Source: Octopus sinensis (taxonomy: Eukaryota). Taken from it: a stretch of DNA of 21,604 nucleotides. The position numbers and the translations under genes were made by a program. The notes under the pieces are model-generated. The model saw nothing but the letters and a program-made list of their open reading frames with translations. It was not told the origin of the DNA and did no database searches. Within the stretch, counting starts at the first letter, position 1. Every line of letters begins with the position of its first letter. The stretch spans positions 1 through 21,604 of the forward strand of contig NW_021823692.1 in the NCBI RefSeq assembly GCF_006345805.1. The letters are read 5' to 3'. Shown one piece after another: positions 10,746 through 19,604 of this stretch.

Positions 10746-10776
<31 letters not shown>
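10573..10776. repeat. (GAC)/(GAT)/(GGT) trinucleotide tract
   Basis: Direct reading. Confidence 0.95.
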
Positions 10777-10777
<1 letters not shown>

Positions 10778-11203
10778 GGCGTTGGTGATAGCACAGATGT
10801 TCATAGATCTGGAAGTAGAGAATTCGTAAGAAAGGTAGTGGTGGTGTGATGGCGGCAGCAGCAGGGACGTAGTGGTGTTGTAGTTATTAGTGTAGTGTGG
10901 TGGTGGTGGTGGTGGTGGTATGATGTCGGTGCTTATTGAAGCAATGTGGTGGTGGGGGAGAAAGGTATGGCGAGGGGGTTGGGGGTGGGGTGGTGGCGGC
11001 GTATTGTGGTAGAACAGAACGCATTTCTCTGCAGCATCGACTCCGCTGCACCTGATTGGCTGGGAGTGACATCTCTGTAATGTTGAGCATCTCCGAAACA
11101 ATGCTGCCATGATTTATGGCATTACTGCAACACAATGGGAATAATGTGGCAGATAGCGTATACGGTATACGCGGGGGAGGGGGGGGGGGGCGTGCGGAGT
11201 GCT

Positions 11204-11243
11204 AGTAGTAGCGGTGGTAGTGGTAGTGGTGGTGGTGGTGGTG

Positions 11244-11296
<53 letters not shown>

Positions 11297-11506
11297 GGTG
11301 GTGGTAGTAGTAGTAGTAGTGGTGGTGGTGGTGGTGGTGGTGGTAGTAGTAGTAGTAGTAGTGGTGGTGTGTTGGTGGTGGTGGTGGTGGTAGTGGTGGT
11401 GGTGGTGGTGGTTGTAGTAGTGGTGGTGGTGGTGGTAGAGTAGTAGAGGTGGTTGGTGGTGGTGGTGGTGGTAGTGGGGGTGGTGTTGGTGGTAGTGGTG
11501 GTTGTG

Positions 11507-11537
<31 letters not shown>

Positions 11538-12212
11538 AGGTGGTGTGGTGGTGGTGGTGGTAGTGGTGGTGTTGGTGGTGGTTGTGGTTTGGTGGTGGTG
11601 GTGGTGGTGGTGGTGTGGGTGGTGTAGTGGTGGTTGTGGTGGTGGTGGTAGTAGTAGTAGTAGTAGAAGTAGAGGTGTGGGTGGTGGTAGTGGTGGTGTT
11701 GGTGGTGGTGGTGGTGGTGGTGTTGGTGGTGGTGGTGGTGGTGTTGGTGGTAGTGGTGGTTGTGGTGGTGGTGGTAGTAGTAGTAGTAGTAGAAGTAGAG
11801 GTGGTGGTGGTGGTGGTGGTGGTAGTGGTGGTGTTGGTGGTGGTGGTGGTGGTGGTGGTGGTAGTGGTGGTGTTGGTGGTGGTGGTGGTGGTAGTAGTGG
11901 TGGTGGTGGTGGTGGTGGTGGTGGTGGTGGTGGTGGTGGTGGTAGTAGTAGTGGTGGTACCTTGTTGCTGTTGCTATTGCTGCTGTTACTGCTGCAGATG
12001 ATGATGATGATGATGAAAATGATGAAGAGGAGGAGGAGGAGGAAGAGGAAGGGGGAGGAAGAAGGGGGATGATGATGAAGAGGAGGGGTAGGAAGAAGAG
12101 GAGGGGAGGAGGATGAAGAGGTGGGAGAGGAGGAAGAAGAGGAGATGGAGGAGGAACAAGAGGAGTGGGAAGAGGAAGAAGAAGAAGAAGAGGGAAGGAG
12201 GAGGAGGGTAAT
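11204..12212. repeat. (GGT)/(AGT) tract followed by (GAT)/(GAG)/(GAA) tract
   Basis: Direct reading. Confidence 0.95.
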
Positions 12213-12395
12213 GGTGGCAGTGGGTTGGCAGAATCGGTCATGCAGTGTTTAGTCTTGGTCAGTCTGTGAGTCTTTTATATGCAAAAAAGAAAGAAAGAAG
12301 AAGGAGGAGGAGGAGGAGAAGGAGAAGAAGAAGAAGTAAAAGAAGAAATAGCAGCAAAGGTGTAAACAAGGAAATATGTACGTGGTCGCTTATTC

Positions 12396-12575
12396 TGCTA
12401 GAAATAATAACCAAATCTCCGTCAAATTACTCTCTGCACTCTTAAAATGAGAAAAAATATATTAGAAAATATAGTCTGAGAATTATGAACAAAATGACAG
12501 AATGGTCATGGCAGGAAAGTCTTTCATTATAGATGTGATCAATGAGGGCTGAACCAGGGCCACAAAAACAACAAT
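12396..12575 (+). mobile_element. Family D remnant
   Basis: TGCTAGAAATAATAACCAAATCTCC...GGTCATGGCAGGAAAGTCTTTCATTA...AAAAACAAC; parallels 3055-3205 and 3760-3840. Confidence 0.45.
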
Positions 12576-13002
12576 AACAGCAGTAGTAACAACAACAACA
12601 ATGGTAGCAGAGGAAGCGGTGGTAGATGCCTCCGCCTCCTTCGGAAACAGGGGAAGACAGAGAGAGAGAGAGAAATTGAGGGAGGGAAATTGAGAGAGGG
12701 AGGAGAGAGAAATTATTTGATTGTGGAATGCTGTAGAAATATAAACGTTATGACTGTTGATTCAAAAGCGTTTTTAATTTGACAAACCTGAACAGGTGAG
12801 AAACGTATGGGGTGAGAAGGTGTTGTGAGGAAAGGAGAGGAGAGGAGAGAGAGAGGGGGGAAGAGGGGAGGGAGAGAAGGAATAGAAGGAGAAATGAAAT
12901 AAGTGGGAGGAAAAGGGGTATAACAAATGCGGGTATATTTAATCAGAGGTAGTACAATGAAAGAAAGGATGAAGGTACATAAAAAAAATATATATGTAAG
13001 GT

Positions 13003-13052
13003 GTATGTATGTATGTATGTATGTATGTATATGTATGTATGTATGTATGTAA

Positions 13053-13106
<54 letters not shown>

Positions 13107-13151
13107 TGCGTGCGTGGTGCGTGCGTGCGTGCGTGCGTGCGTGTGTGTTGT

Positions 13152-13203
<52 letters not shown>
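13003..13203. repeat. Compound (TATG)n(TG)n(TGCG)n(TG)n microsatellite
   Basis: Direct reading. Confidence 0.97.
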
Positions 13204-13205
<2 letters not shown>

Positions 13206-13402
13206 TAAACAAACAGGAGAATTAGAGCTCAATAAATGTTCTGTCTCGTGAAAGCTCGTATATTCTCATTCAAAGAGGAGACGAGTATCAACACTTCCAT
13301 GTGGCTTGAACAATTGTGAAGACGACTTCATGTAAAACCATTGGTTGCCTTGCTAGCAAAAAAATAAAGTGTGTGTATATATATATATATGTGTGTGTGT
13401 GT

Positions 13403-13438
<36 letters not shown>

Positions 13439-13441
13439 TGT

Positions 13442-13690
13442 GGAGGCGCGTGGCTTTGTGTTTAGGGTGTCAGCATCATGATCGTAAGATTATGGTTTCG
13501 AATCCTGGACCGGGCGACGCGTTGTGTTCTTGAGCGAAACACTTCATTTCACGTTGCTCCAGTCCACTCAGCTAGCAAAGATGAGTAATGCTGCGATGGA
13601 CTGGCGTCCCGTCCAGCTGGAGAACACATACGCCATTGAAACCGGGAAACCGGGCCCATGAGCCTGGCTAGGTCTTGAAGGGGCGCATTT
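13442..13690 (+). mobile_element. tRNA-derived SINE family C (V/CORE-like central domain), single copy
   Basis: A-box-like TGGCTTTGTGTTTAG, B-box GGTTTCGAATCC (13496-13506), then TTGTGTTCTTGAGCGAAACACTT...GCTCCAGTCCACTCAGCT and GCGATGGACTGGCGTCCCGTCCAG, typical of conserved-domain SINEs. Confidence 0.7.
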
Positions 13691-13720
13691 ATATTTATAT
13701 ATATATATATACACACATCA

Positions 13721-14122
13721 CTTCAGAAATATGGCTACCCATTTTACCTTTACAAAAGATAAAATTGGAAACGATACCTGGATGACTTTTTTATCATTTG
13801 GAAGGAGACCATCGACAAACCTTTGGATTTCAAATCAACACTAAATGATATAAATAGTAACGTTCAATTCACAAAGGAATATAACAAAGAACAGCTACCA
13901 TTTTTAGACATCATCATAAAAATGTCAACAATCAAATCATAATTGACATCTATTATAATCCAACTGATTCAAAACAATATCTCCCCTTTAGTTCATGCTA
14001 CGCGAAGCACATCAACATAAATATCCCTTTCAATTTGGCACAATAGTGTCTGATAGAACAACTCGGGACCTTCGTCTTCAAGACCTCAAAACAATGCTTA
14101 CTGAAAGACAATATCCACTCTC
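13721..14122 (+). pseudogene. Penelope-like element reverse transcriptase C-terminal fragment (frameshifted)
   Basis: WKRYLDDFFIIW (13766-13801)...VQFTKEYNKEQLPFLDIII, frameshift, NQIIIDIYYNPTDSKQYLPFSSCYAKHININIPFNLA, deletion, IVSDRTTRDLRLQDLKTMLTERQYP. The YLDD, LPFLD and TD..QYL motifs and their spacing are characteristic of PLE RT. Confidence 0.88.
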
Positions 14123-14272
14123 ACCTTGAACCTTGAAGCACGTGTTGTGAAGTGAACTGCTGCAGCACACGGCCAGGTTCACAATTGAATCGTTGCTAAA
14201 GGGAACGAGTGAAGAAAAAAAAAGTAGGTAGAATATATATATATATAATAAAAGGGATGACATATATGGGAA

Positions 14273-14322
14273 GTACCCCAGCATGGCCACGCCGTCTCAG
14301 TGAAAGCAGTAAAAGTTAAAAG
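14273..14322 (+). mobile_element. SINE family A terminal fragment
   Basis: CCCCAGCATGGCCAC...GCAGTAAAAGTTAAAAG. Confidence 0.5.
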
Positions 14323-14560
14323 GTGCAAAGGAAGGTTAAATAATCAAAACAAATAAGAAGAAAGAAAAAAAACTGAACAACGAAAGAATGAATGAAGAAA
14401 ATTCAAAAATACAAAAAATGAAAGAAATAAACAAAAACAGGGAAATAAATAAAGACAAAAACCAGGAAAAAAAATAAAAGAAAATCGATGGAAACCAAGA
14501 AAGGAAACATGAAGAACAAAAGGAAAGAGTTAGAATTGAAAGAATTAAATAAAATAACCA

Positions 14561-14907
14561 TAGGCGCAGGAGTGGCTGTGTGGTAAGTAGCTTGCTTACC
14601 AACCACATGTTTCCGGGTTCAGTCCCACTGCATGGCACCTTGGGTAAGTGTCTTCTGCTATAGCCTCAGGCCGACCAAAGCCTTGTGATGGATTTGGTAG
14701 ACGGAAACTGAAAGAAGCCGTCGTATATATGTATATATATATATATATATATAATATATATTAAGGTATGTAGAAAAATACAACATGACAAGAACGTATA
14801 CTCTTAGAAGACGACACAATAAACACGGACAGGACACTCGAAACCTCCAGTCTTCAGTCAAGAACCGATCATCGTAGTAATTTCGGCTATATTATATATA
14901 TATATAT

Positions 14908-14940
<33 letters not shown>

Positions 14941-15157
14941 GTGTGTGTATGTTTGTGTTCTGTGTTTTGTCCCTAGCATTGCTCACAACCGATGCTGGTG
15001 TGTTTATGTCCCCGTCACTTATCGGTTCGGCAAAGAGACCGATAGAATAAGTACTGGGCTTACAAAGAATAAGTCTCGGGGTTGATTTGCTCGATTAAAG
15101 GCGGTGCTCCAGCATGGCCGCAGTCAAAATGACTGAAACAAGTAAAAGAGTAAAAGA
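14561..15157 (+). mobile_element. SINE family A, full length, with an insertion in its (TA)n tract
   Basis: Head 14561-14725, 3' half 14930-15157 ending (GTAAAAGA)2; foreign 127-bp segment at 14762-14888. Confidence 0.9.
14762..14888 (-). mobile_element. Short (TA)n-flanked insertion, distantly similar to the hammerhead-bearing repeat
   Basis: Flanked by TA runs; ordered motifs GAAAAA(T)ACAAC...TTAG.AGACG...TCGA...TCTTCAG as in 19361-19460. Confidence 0.45.
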
Positions 15158-15716
15158 GAGTATATCAAAAAATATTGAACAAATAAAAACTATTAAAGAA
15201 CGAGAGAAAGTATAAAAAAGAAAGAAGTCGGGTAAGGAAAGGCGAAAAGCTAGGTGAGAGAAAAAAGACTTTAAGAAACAAGACGTCAAATTACAGCCAG
15301 AAATGCGTAAAGCAAGTCTTAAAACCTTTATCTCTCATAGCGTTACACTCCCGCCAGATCAACAGTGATGACCCCTTGTGATAAGGACTTCTCAGAACCA
15401 AATGACCCAGACATCCAACCGACAATTGTCTCCAAGACATGCCAAGACTCCAGTTTCTTTCCTGCACCTAAACTTTCTTTCCTTCACTCAATGCATACAT
15501 CACCGTCATACGTAAAAAAATTACCCACCTCACTATTCGTTTCAAAATGTCTTCATTGACGAGATTATTTTCACTGAACCAGACGATATTCCTTGTTCGG
15601 CAGACGATACACGAGGCAGTCAGTGCCTAAATGTATTTACTCGAGCTATAAACACCTAACATTGCTTTATTTAGTTGTTTGGTGTCTGTCGCTCTTTTTA
15701 TATTTTTTTTTATTTA

Positions 15717-15855
15717 TCATTTACTGATTTTACTGATTTTAGCCCTATACTGTGGCCATACTGGAAGATTGTCAAGGGTTTGAGTCAATCATGTCACGCC
15801 CTTTACCCCAGTTTTGGTATTTAGTTTATTAATCTCTAACGAATCGCTAAGCCAA
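15717..15855 (-). mobile_element. Degenerate inverted SINE family A 3' half
   Basis: TTTTACTGATTTTACTG...CTGTGGCCATACTGGA...GAATCGCTAAG is a diverged reverse complement of the family A tail. Confidence 0.6.
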
Positions 15856-15896
15856 CTTTTTGACATAACCCTAAATTGTTCTCTTGAATATAAAAG

Positions 15897-16056
15897 AGCG
15901 TAGGAGTGGCTGTGTGGTTAGTAGCTTGCTTACGAACTACATGGTTCCAGGTTCAGTCCCACTGCGTGGCACCTTGGCCAAGTGTCTTCTATTATAGCCT
16001 CGACCAAAGCCTTGTGAGTGGATTTGTTAGACGGAAACTGAAAGAAGCCTGTGGTA

Positions 16057-16060
<4 letters not shown>
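15897..16060 (+). mobile_element. SINE family A 5' half, ending in (TA)n
   Basis: GGAGTGGCTGTGTGG...GGTTCAGTCCCACTGCGTGGCACCTTGG...GGAAACTGAAAGAAGCC. Confidence 0.88.
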
Positions 16061-16115
<55 letters not shown>

Positions 16116-16331
16116 TATAACGTAAGGTGTACTAGCCATCTGAATGTGGCTAGCCACTGGGGGTGGGGTGTTACTGATGCTTTTAGCCCCAGGCGATCAA
16201 CGTCACCAGATGGACTTTAGACACTATCTCAGTGCTCTTGTGTTATTTGCAAAGGGAGGTCATCCTCCCTCGAAGACCTAAGTATATATGAGTGTTTTGC
16301 GTTCTTGTCCCATTTTGTATTTTTATATTTT

Positions 16332-16332
16332 A

Positions 16333-16368
<36 letters not shown>

Positions 16369-16388
16369 TGTATGTATGTATGTATGTA

Positions 16389-16442
<54 letters not shown>

Positions 16443-16452
16443 TGTGTATGTT
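16332..16452. repeat. (TA)(TATG)n(TG)n microsatellite
   Basis: Direct reading. Confidence 0.95.
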
Positions 16453-16488
16453 TGTGCAAGATCTGTATAGTTAGTGAGGAAAACAATC

Positions 16489-16803
16489 TGGGATGATACG
16501 TCAAACAGCAGATCGAACCTTTGATTGTTGTTGAATAATAATGAAGAAAGCAACTGTTCTCCCCATAATTGTTGGGGCATTAACAACCAGATATGAGAGA
16601 CTGGGGTTGATATGAGGGTAGAACGGGCTCAGAAAACTGCTTTATTGAGAAGAGTGAGGTTTGAGAATGCTAGTTGGATGTTATGCATCGGAGAAAGAGA
16701 TCCTCTGAGATTCTTGACAACAGGCTGTTGTCCGTTCGTACAGAATTAACCGGGGCAAGTGAAATGGAACAGCTCTAAGAAGTGTAATGAACAACAACAG
16801 CTA
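16489..16803 (+). pseudogene. 3' end of an R4/Dong-type (restriction-like endonuclease) non-LTR retrotransposon, decayed
   Basis: MKKATVLPIIVGAL (16541-16582) and, one frame over, GVDMRVERAQKTALL (16603-16647) match the R4/Dong C-terminus (V.P.V.GALG...QK.ALLG); a relic of RPD.IVV lies upstream; probable 3' UTR ends in AACAACAAC. Confidence 0.7.
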
Positions 16804-17046
16804 TAAACGAGGCAATTTGGTAAAATAGCTTATACACGCATATTTTATTAAATAATCGAGATATAAGATTTGATTTGGTGCATAGTATTACAAAAAGTAA
16901 ATGTTCTTGTTAATATTTGTCATGAAATGACGAAGCTACAAAAGTAAAATAATGCTAAATTTGAGATGTAGAGTAAGAAAAGACGAAATAAAGGCCAATG
17001 GTGCCATTGTGATGGAATTGGTTGAGTTAATGACGGTATTATTTTT

Positions 17047-17048
<2 letters not shown>

Positions 17049-17120
<72 letters not shown>
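17049..17120. repeat. (CA)n microsatellite, about 36 units
   Basis: Direct reading. Confidence 0.98.
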
Positions 17121-17122
<2 letters not shown>

Positions 17123-17124
17123 CA

Positions 17125-17361
17125 GGCGGTGAGCTGGCAGAAACGTTATAACGCCGGGCGAAATGCTTTGCGGTATTTCGTCTGCCGCTACGTTCTGAGA
17201 TCAATTTCCGCCGAGGTCGACTTTGCCTTTCATCCTTTCGGGGTCGATAAATTAAGTACCAGTTACGCACTGGGGTCGATGTAATCAACTTAATCCGTTT
17301 GTCTGTCCTTGTTTGTCCCCTCTGTGTGTAGCCCCTTGTGGGTAGTAAAGAAATAGGTATT
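17125..17361 (+). mobile_element. SINE family B full monomer, tail type 1
   Basis: GGCGGTGAGCTGGCAGAAACGTTA head, GAGATCAATTTCC B-box region, core CCTTTCATCCTTTCGGGGTCGATAAATTAAGTACCAG (possibly Meta-domain-like), tail ending AAATAGGTATT. Confidence 0.9.
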
Positions 17362-17384
17362 ATTTTTCCTAGTTATCTAAAACA

Positions 17385-17772
17385 GGAAGCTAGCAGAAAC
17401 GGTAGCAAGCCGGCCGAAATGCGTAGCCGCATTTCGTCTGCCGTTACGTTCTGAGTTCAAATTCCGCCGAGGTCGACTTTGCCCTTCATTCTTTCGGGGT
17501 CGATTAAATAGGTACCAGTTACGCACTTGGGTCGATGTAATCGGCTTAATCCGTTTGTCTGTCCTCTCTGTGTTTAGCCCCTTGTGGGTAGTAAAGAAAT
17601 AGGTATTTCGTCTGTCCCTACGTTCTGAGTTCAAATTCCGCCGAGGTCGAGTTTATCTTTCATCTTTTCGGGGTCTATAAAGTAAGTACCAGTTGCGTAC
17701 TGGGGTCGATCTAATCGACTGGCACCCCTCCTCAAAAATTTCAGACCTTGTGCCTAAAGAAGAAAGGATTAT
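17385..17772 (+). mobile_element. Dimeric SINE family B (monomer with tail 1 fused to headless monomer with tail 2)
   Basis: First unit 17385-17607; second unit starts internally at GGTATTTCGTCTG (17602) and ends with the tail seen at 905-960. Confidence 0.88.
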
Positions 17773-18195
17773 TATTTCCAGTTATTAATAATATAATGAT
17801 AGTGATAGTATAGGTGGCAGTGTTGTGGTGGTAGTTGTGGTAGTGGTAGTGTTGGTAAGATGGCGACAGTTGTGGTATTAATGAAATAGGTGGTAGCAGC
17901 GGCGATAATTCTGGTGACGGTTTGCTGCCTTAACCAAAAGTTGGGTCTGTGGCAGCTGACACGTGGTACATACAGTTTTCAGTTCTTGCCTCTCGTCTCG
18001 CCGTAAAGTCTGGTTTTTACATCTTTATTTATCGTCGTTTCCCCGCCCCCGCCCCCCTCCAAACATCTACTCTCTGCCTTCTCGGAAGACATTTTACATT
18101 TTTTCTTTTCTTATATTTTGTCTGTTTTCTCTTTTTTGTTTGTTACGTTTTGTTTTTTCTTTTAATCTATTTTCTTTCTTTTAAAGAAAGGCTTC

Positions 18196-18284
18196 ATATA
18201 TATATATACACACACACAAACATATATGTAGTAAGTATATATGTATCTATACACACACATATACATACATACATATATATATAT

Positions 18285-18323
<39 letters not shown>

Positions 18324-18433
18324 TATATGTGTATATATATATATATATATATGAATGTATGTATGTATATATACACATGCATACACACATCCATATATAT
18401 ATATATATATTTATATATGTTTGGATGTACGTA

Positions 18434-18483
<50 letters not shown>

Positions 18484-18554
18484 CATGTATGTATGTATAT
18501 ATTTATATATATATACAAAGATACATATATGTATTATACATGCATATATATATA

Positions 18555-18602
<48 letters not shown>

Positions 18603-18750
18603 ACACACATATACAGCGGCATACAAATGTTTACATACATATACACACATACACACATAGACGCACACACACACGCCACATGCATATATAGCGAGGGAGA
18701 GAGAGAGAGAGAGAGAGAGGAAAGAGAGAAAAGGAAAAGGAGGAGAGAAA
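18196..18750. repeat. (TA)n-rich compound microsatellite with (CA) and (GA) ends
   Basis: Direct reading. Confidence 0.96.
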
Positions 18751-19212
18751 GTGAGATTGTATATACAGCAACCGAAAGGAACCAAACCGCTGCCATTTCG
18801 TCTTTGACATTTATTTCCCAAACAACCCATCTAAACATGTCTACAAACCGTCTCTGTTTCTCTTGCTGAGATTTGAACGTAAAGACACTGATTTTCTCTT
18901 TAACACCTTCACAACCAGAGAAAATTGATCCCATTACATACCCCAAAATATGTCGTCTATAATAATATTGTGAAACTGTCTACAGACATGTAATAACTAC
19001 GCAACGAATTACGAATTTAAAATGATCTTTCTTGATGGGATACCTATTCTTCTTTTATTGTTCGGATGCAAATAAGTGGGCAATAAATTCTTCAAAGTTA
19101 TATATATATATATATATAGGGAGAGTTTACGAAAAAAAAAAACAAAAGACGAAGACAGGTGGTGTACAAAACAAACAGATGTATTAGTATAACGCTCAGG
19201 AATAGAAAAAGT

Positions 19213-19248
19213 CTTTTACGTTTCGAGCCTACGCTCTTCTACAGAAAG
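19213..19248 (-). ncRNA. Minimal type I hammerhead ribozyme motif 1 (A6U variant)
   Basis: Minus strand CUUU-CUGUAGA-A-GAGC(GUAG)GCUC-GAA-ACGU-A-AAAG: stem I CUUU/AAAG, stem II GAGC/GCUC, palindromic ACGU helix III, predicted cleavage 3' of 19217. Confidence 0.6.
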
Positions 19249-19429
19249 GGACACAAAAAAAAACAAGGAGAGAAAAAAATGTGTGTAGTAGCTAACGATC
19301 TATCATGGCGACTGACTGCCGGACAGTAAATCCAAAACAAAACAAAAAAAGAACAACTAGGAAAAACAACAACGCGTGGACGTAGCGCATGTAAAGTATT
19401 AGCAGACGCTCAGGGAAGGAAAAAAGATG

Positions 19430-19464
19430 GTTTAATGTTTCGAGCAAAGCTCTTCTTCAGAAAC
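19430..19464 (-). ncRNA. Minimal type I hammerhead ribozyme motif 2 (helix III ACAU variant)
   Basis: Minus strand GUUU-CUGAAGA-A-GAGC(UUU)GCUC-GAA-ACAU-U-AAAC: canonical CUGANGA and GAAA, stem I GUUU/AAAC, predicted cleavage 3' of 19434. Confidence 0.62.
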
Positions 19465-19604
19465 AGAGGAAAGTCCAATAGAAAGGAAGACGGAGGAAGA
19501 AAATCGCCAACGATTCACGTGTGGTTACATTTTGAAATGACCGGAAGGGAATGGGTAAAGAAAAAGTTCTGTCTAAGTCAGAATAGTGTAAGAGAAGGAG
19601 GTAT

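Larger units (their letters stand above)
19118..19530 (-). mobile_element. Two diverged tandem units of a hammerhead-bearing short repeat (PLE-terminus or retrozyme-like)
   Basis: Units share, in order, TATTAG...ACGCTCAGG...GTTTCGAGC...GCTCTTCT.CAGAAA...GAAAA...AACGAT; the array abuts (TA)9 at 19100-19117. Confidence 0.65.

Noticed and set aside
3965-11110. Exact 14-mer AACAATGCTGCCAT at about 3965 and 11097
   Set aside because: About one such match is expected by chance in 21.6 kb (about 2.3e8 position pairs versus 4^14); flanks do not align.
15365-15559. 64-aa plus ORF, and a possible RTE-like GHLVLR motif on the minus strand
   Set aside because: Too short and unsupported by further motifs.
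18596-18946. Minus ORF containing MGSIFSGC (myristoylation-like) and a nearby 38-nt micro-exon candidate ending GGG/GTATGT
   Set aside because: No recognisable homology, ORF runs into microsatellite, and signals are within chance expectation.
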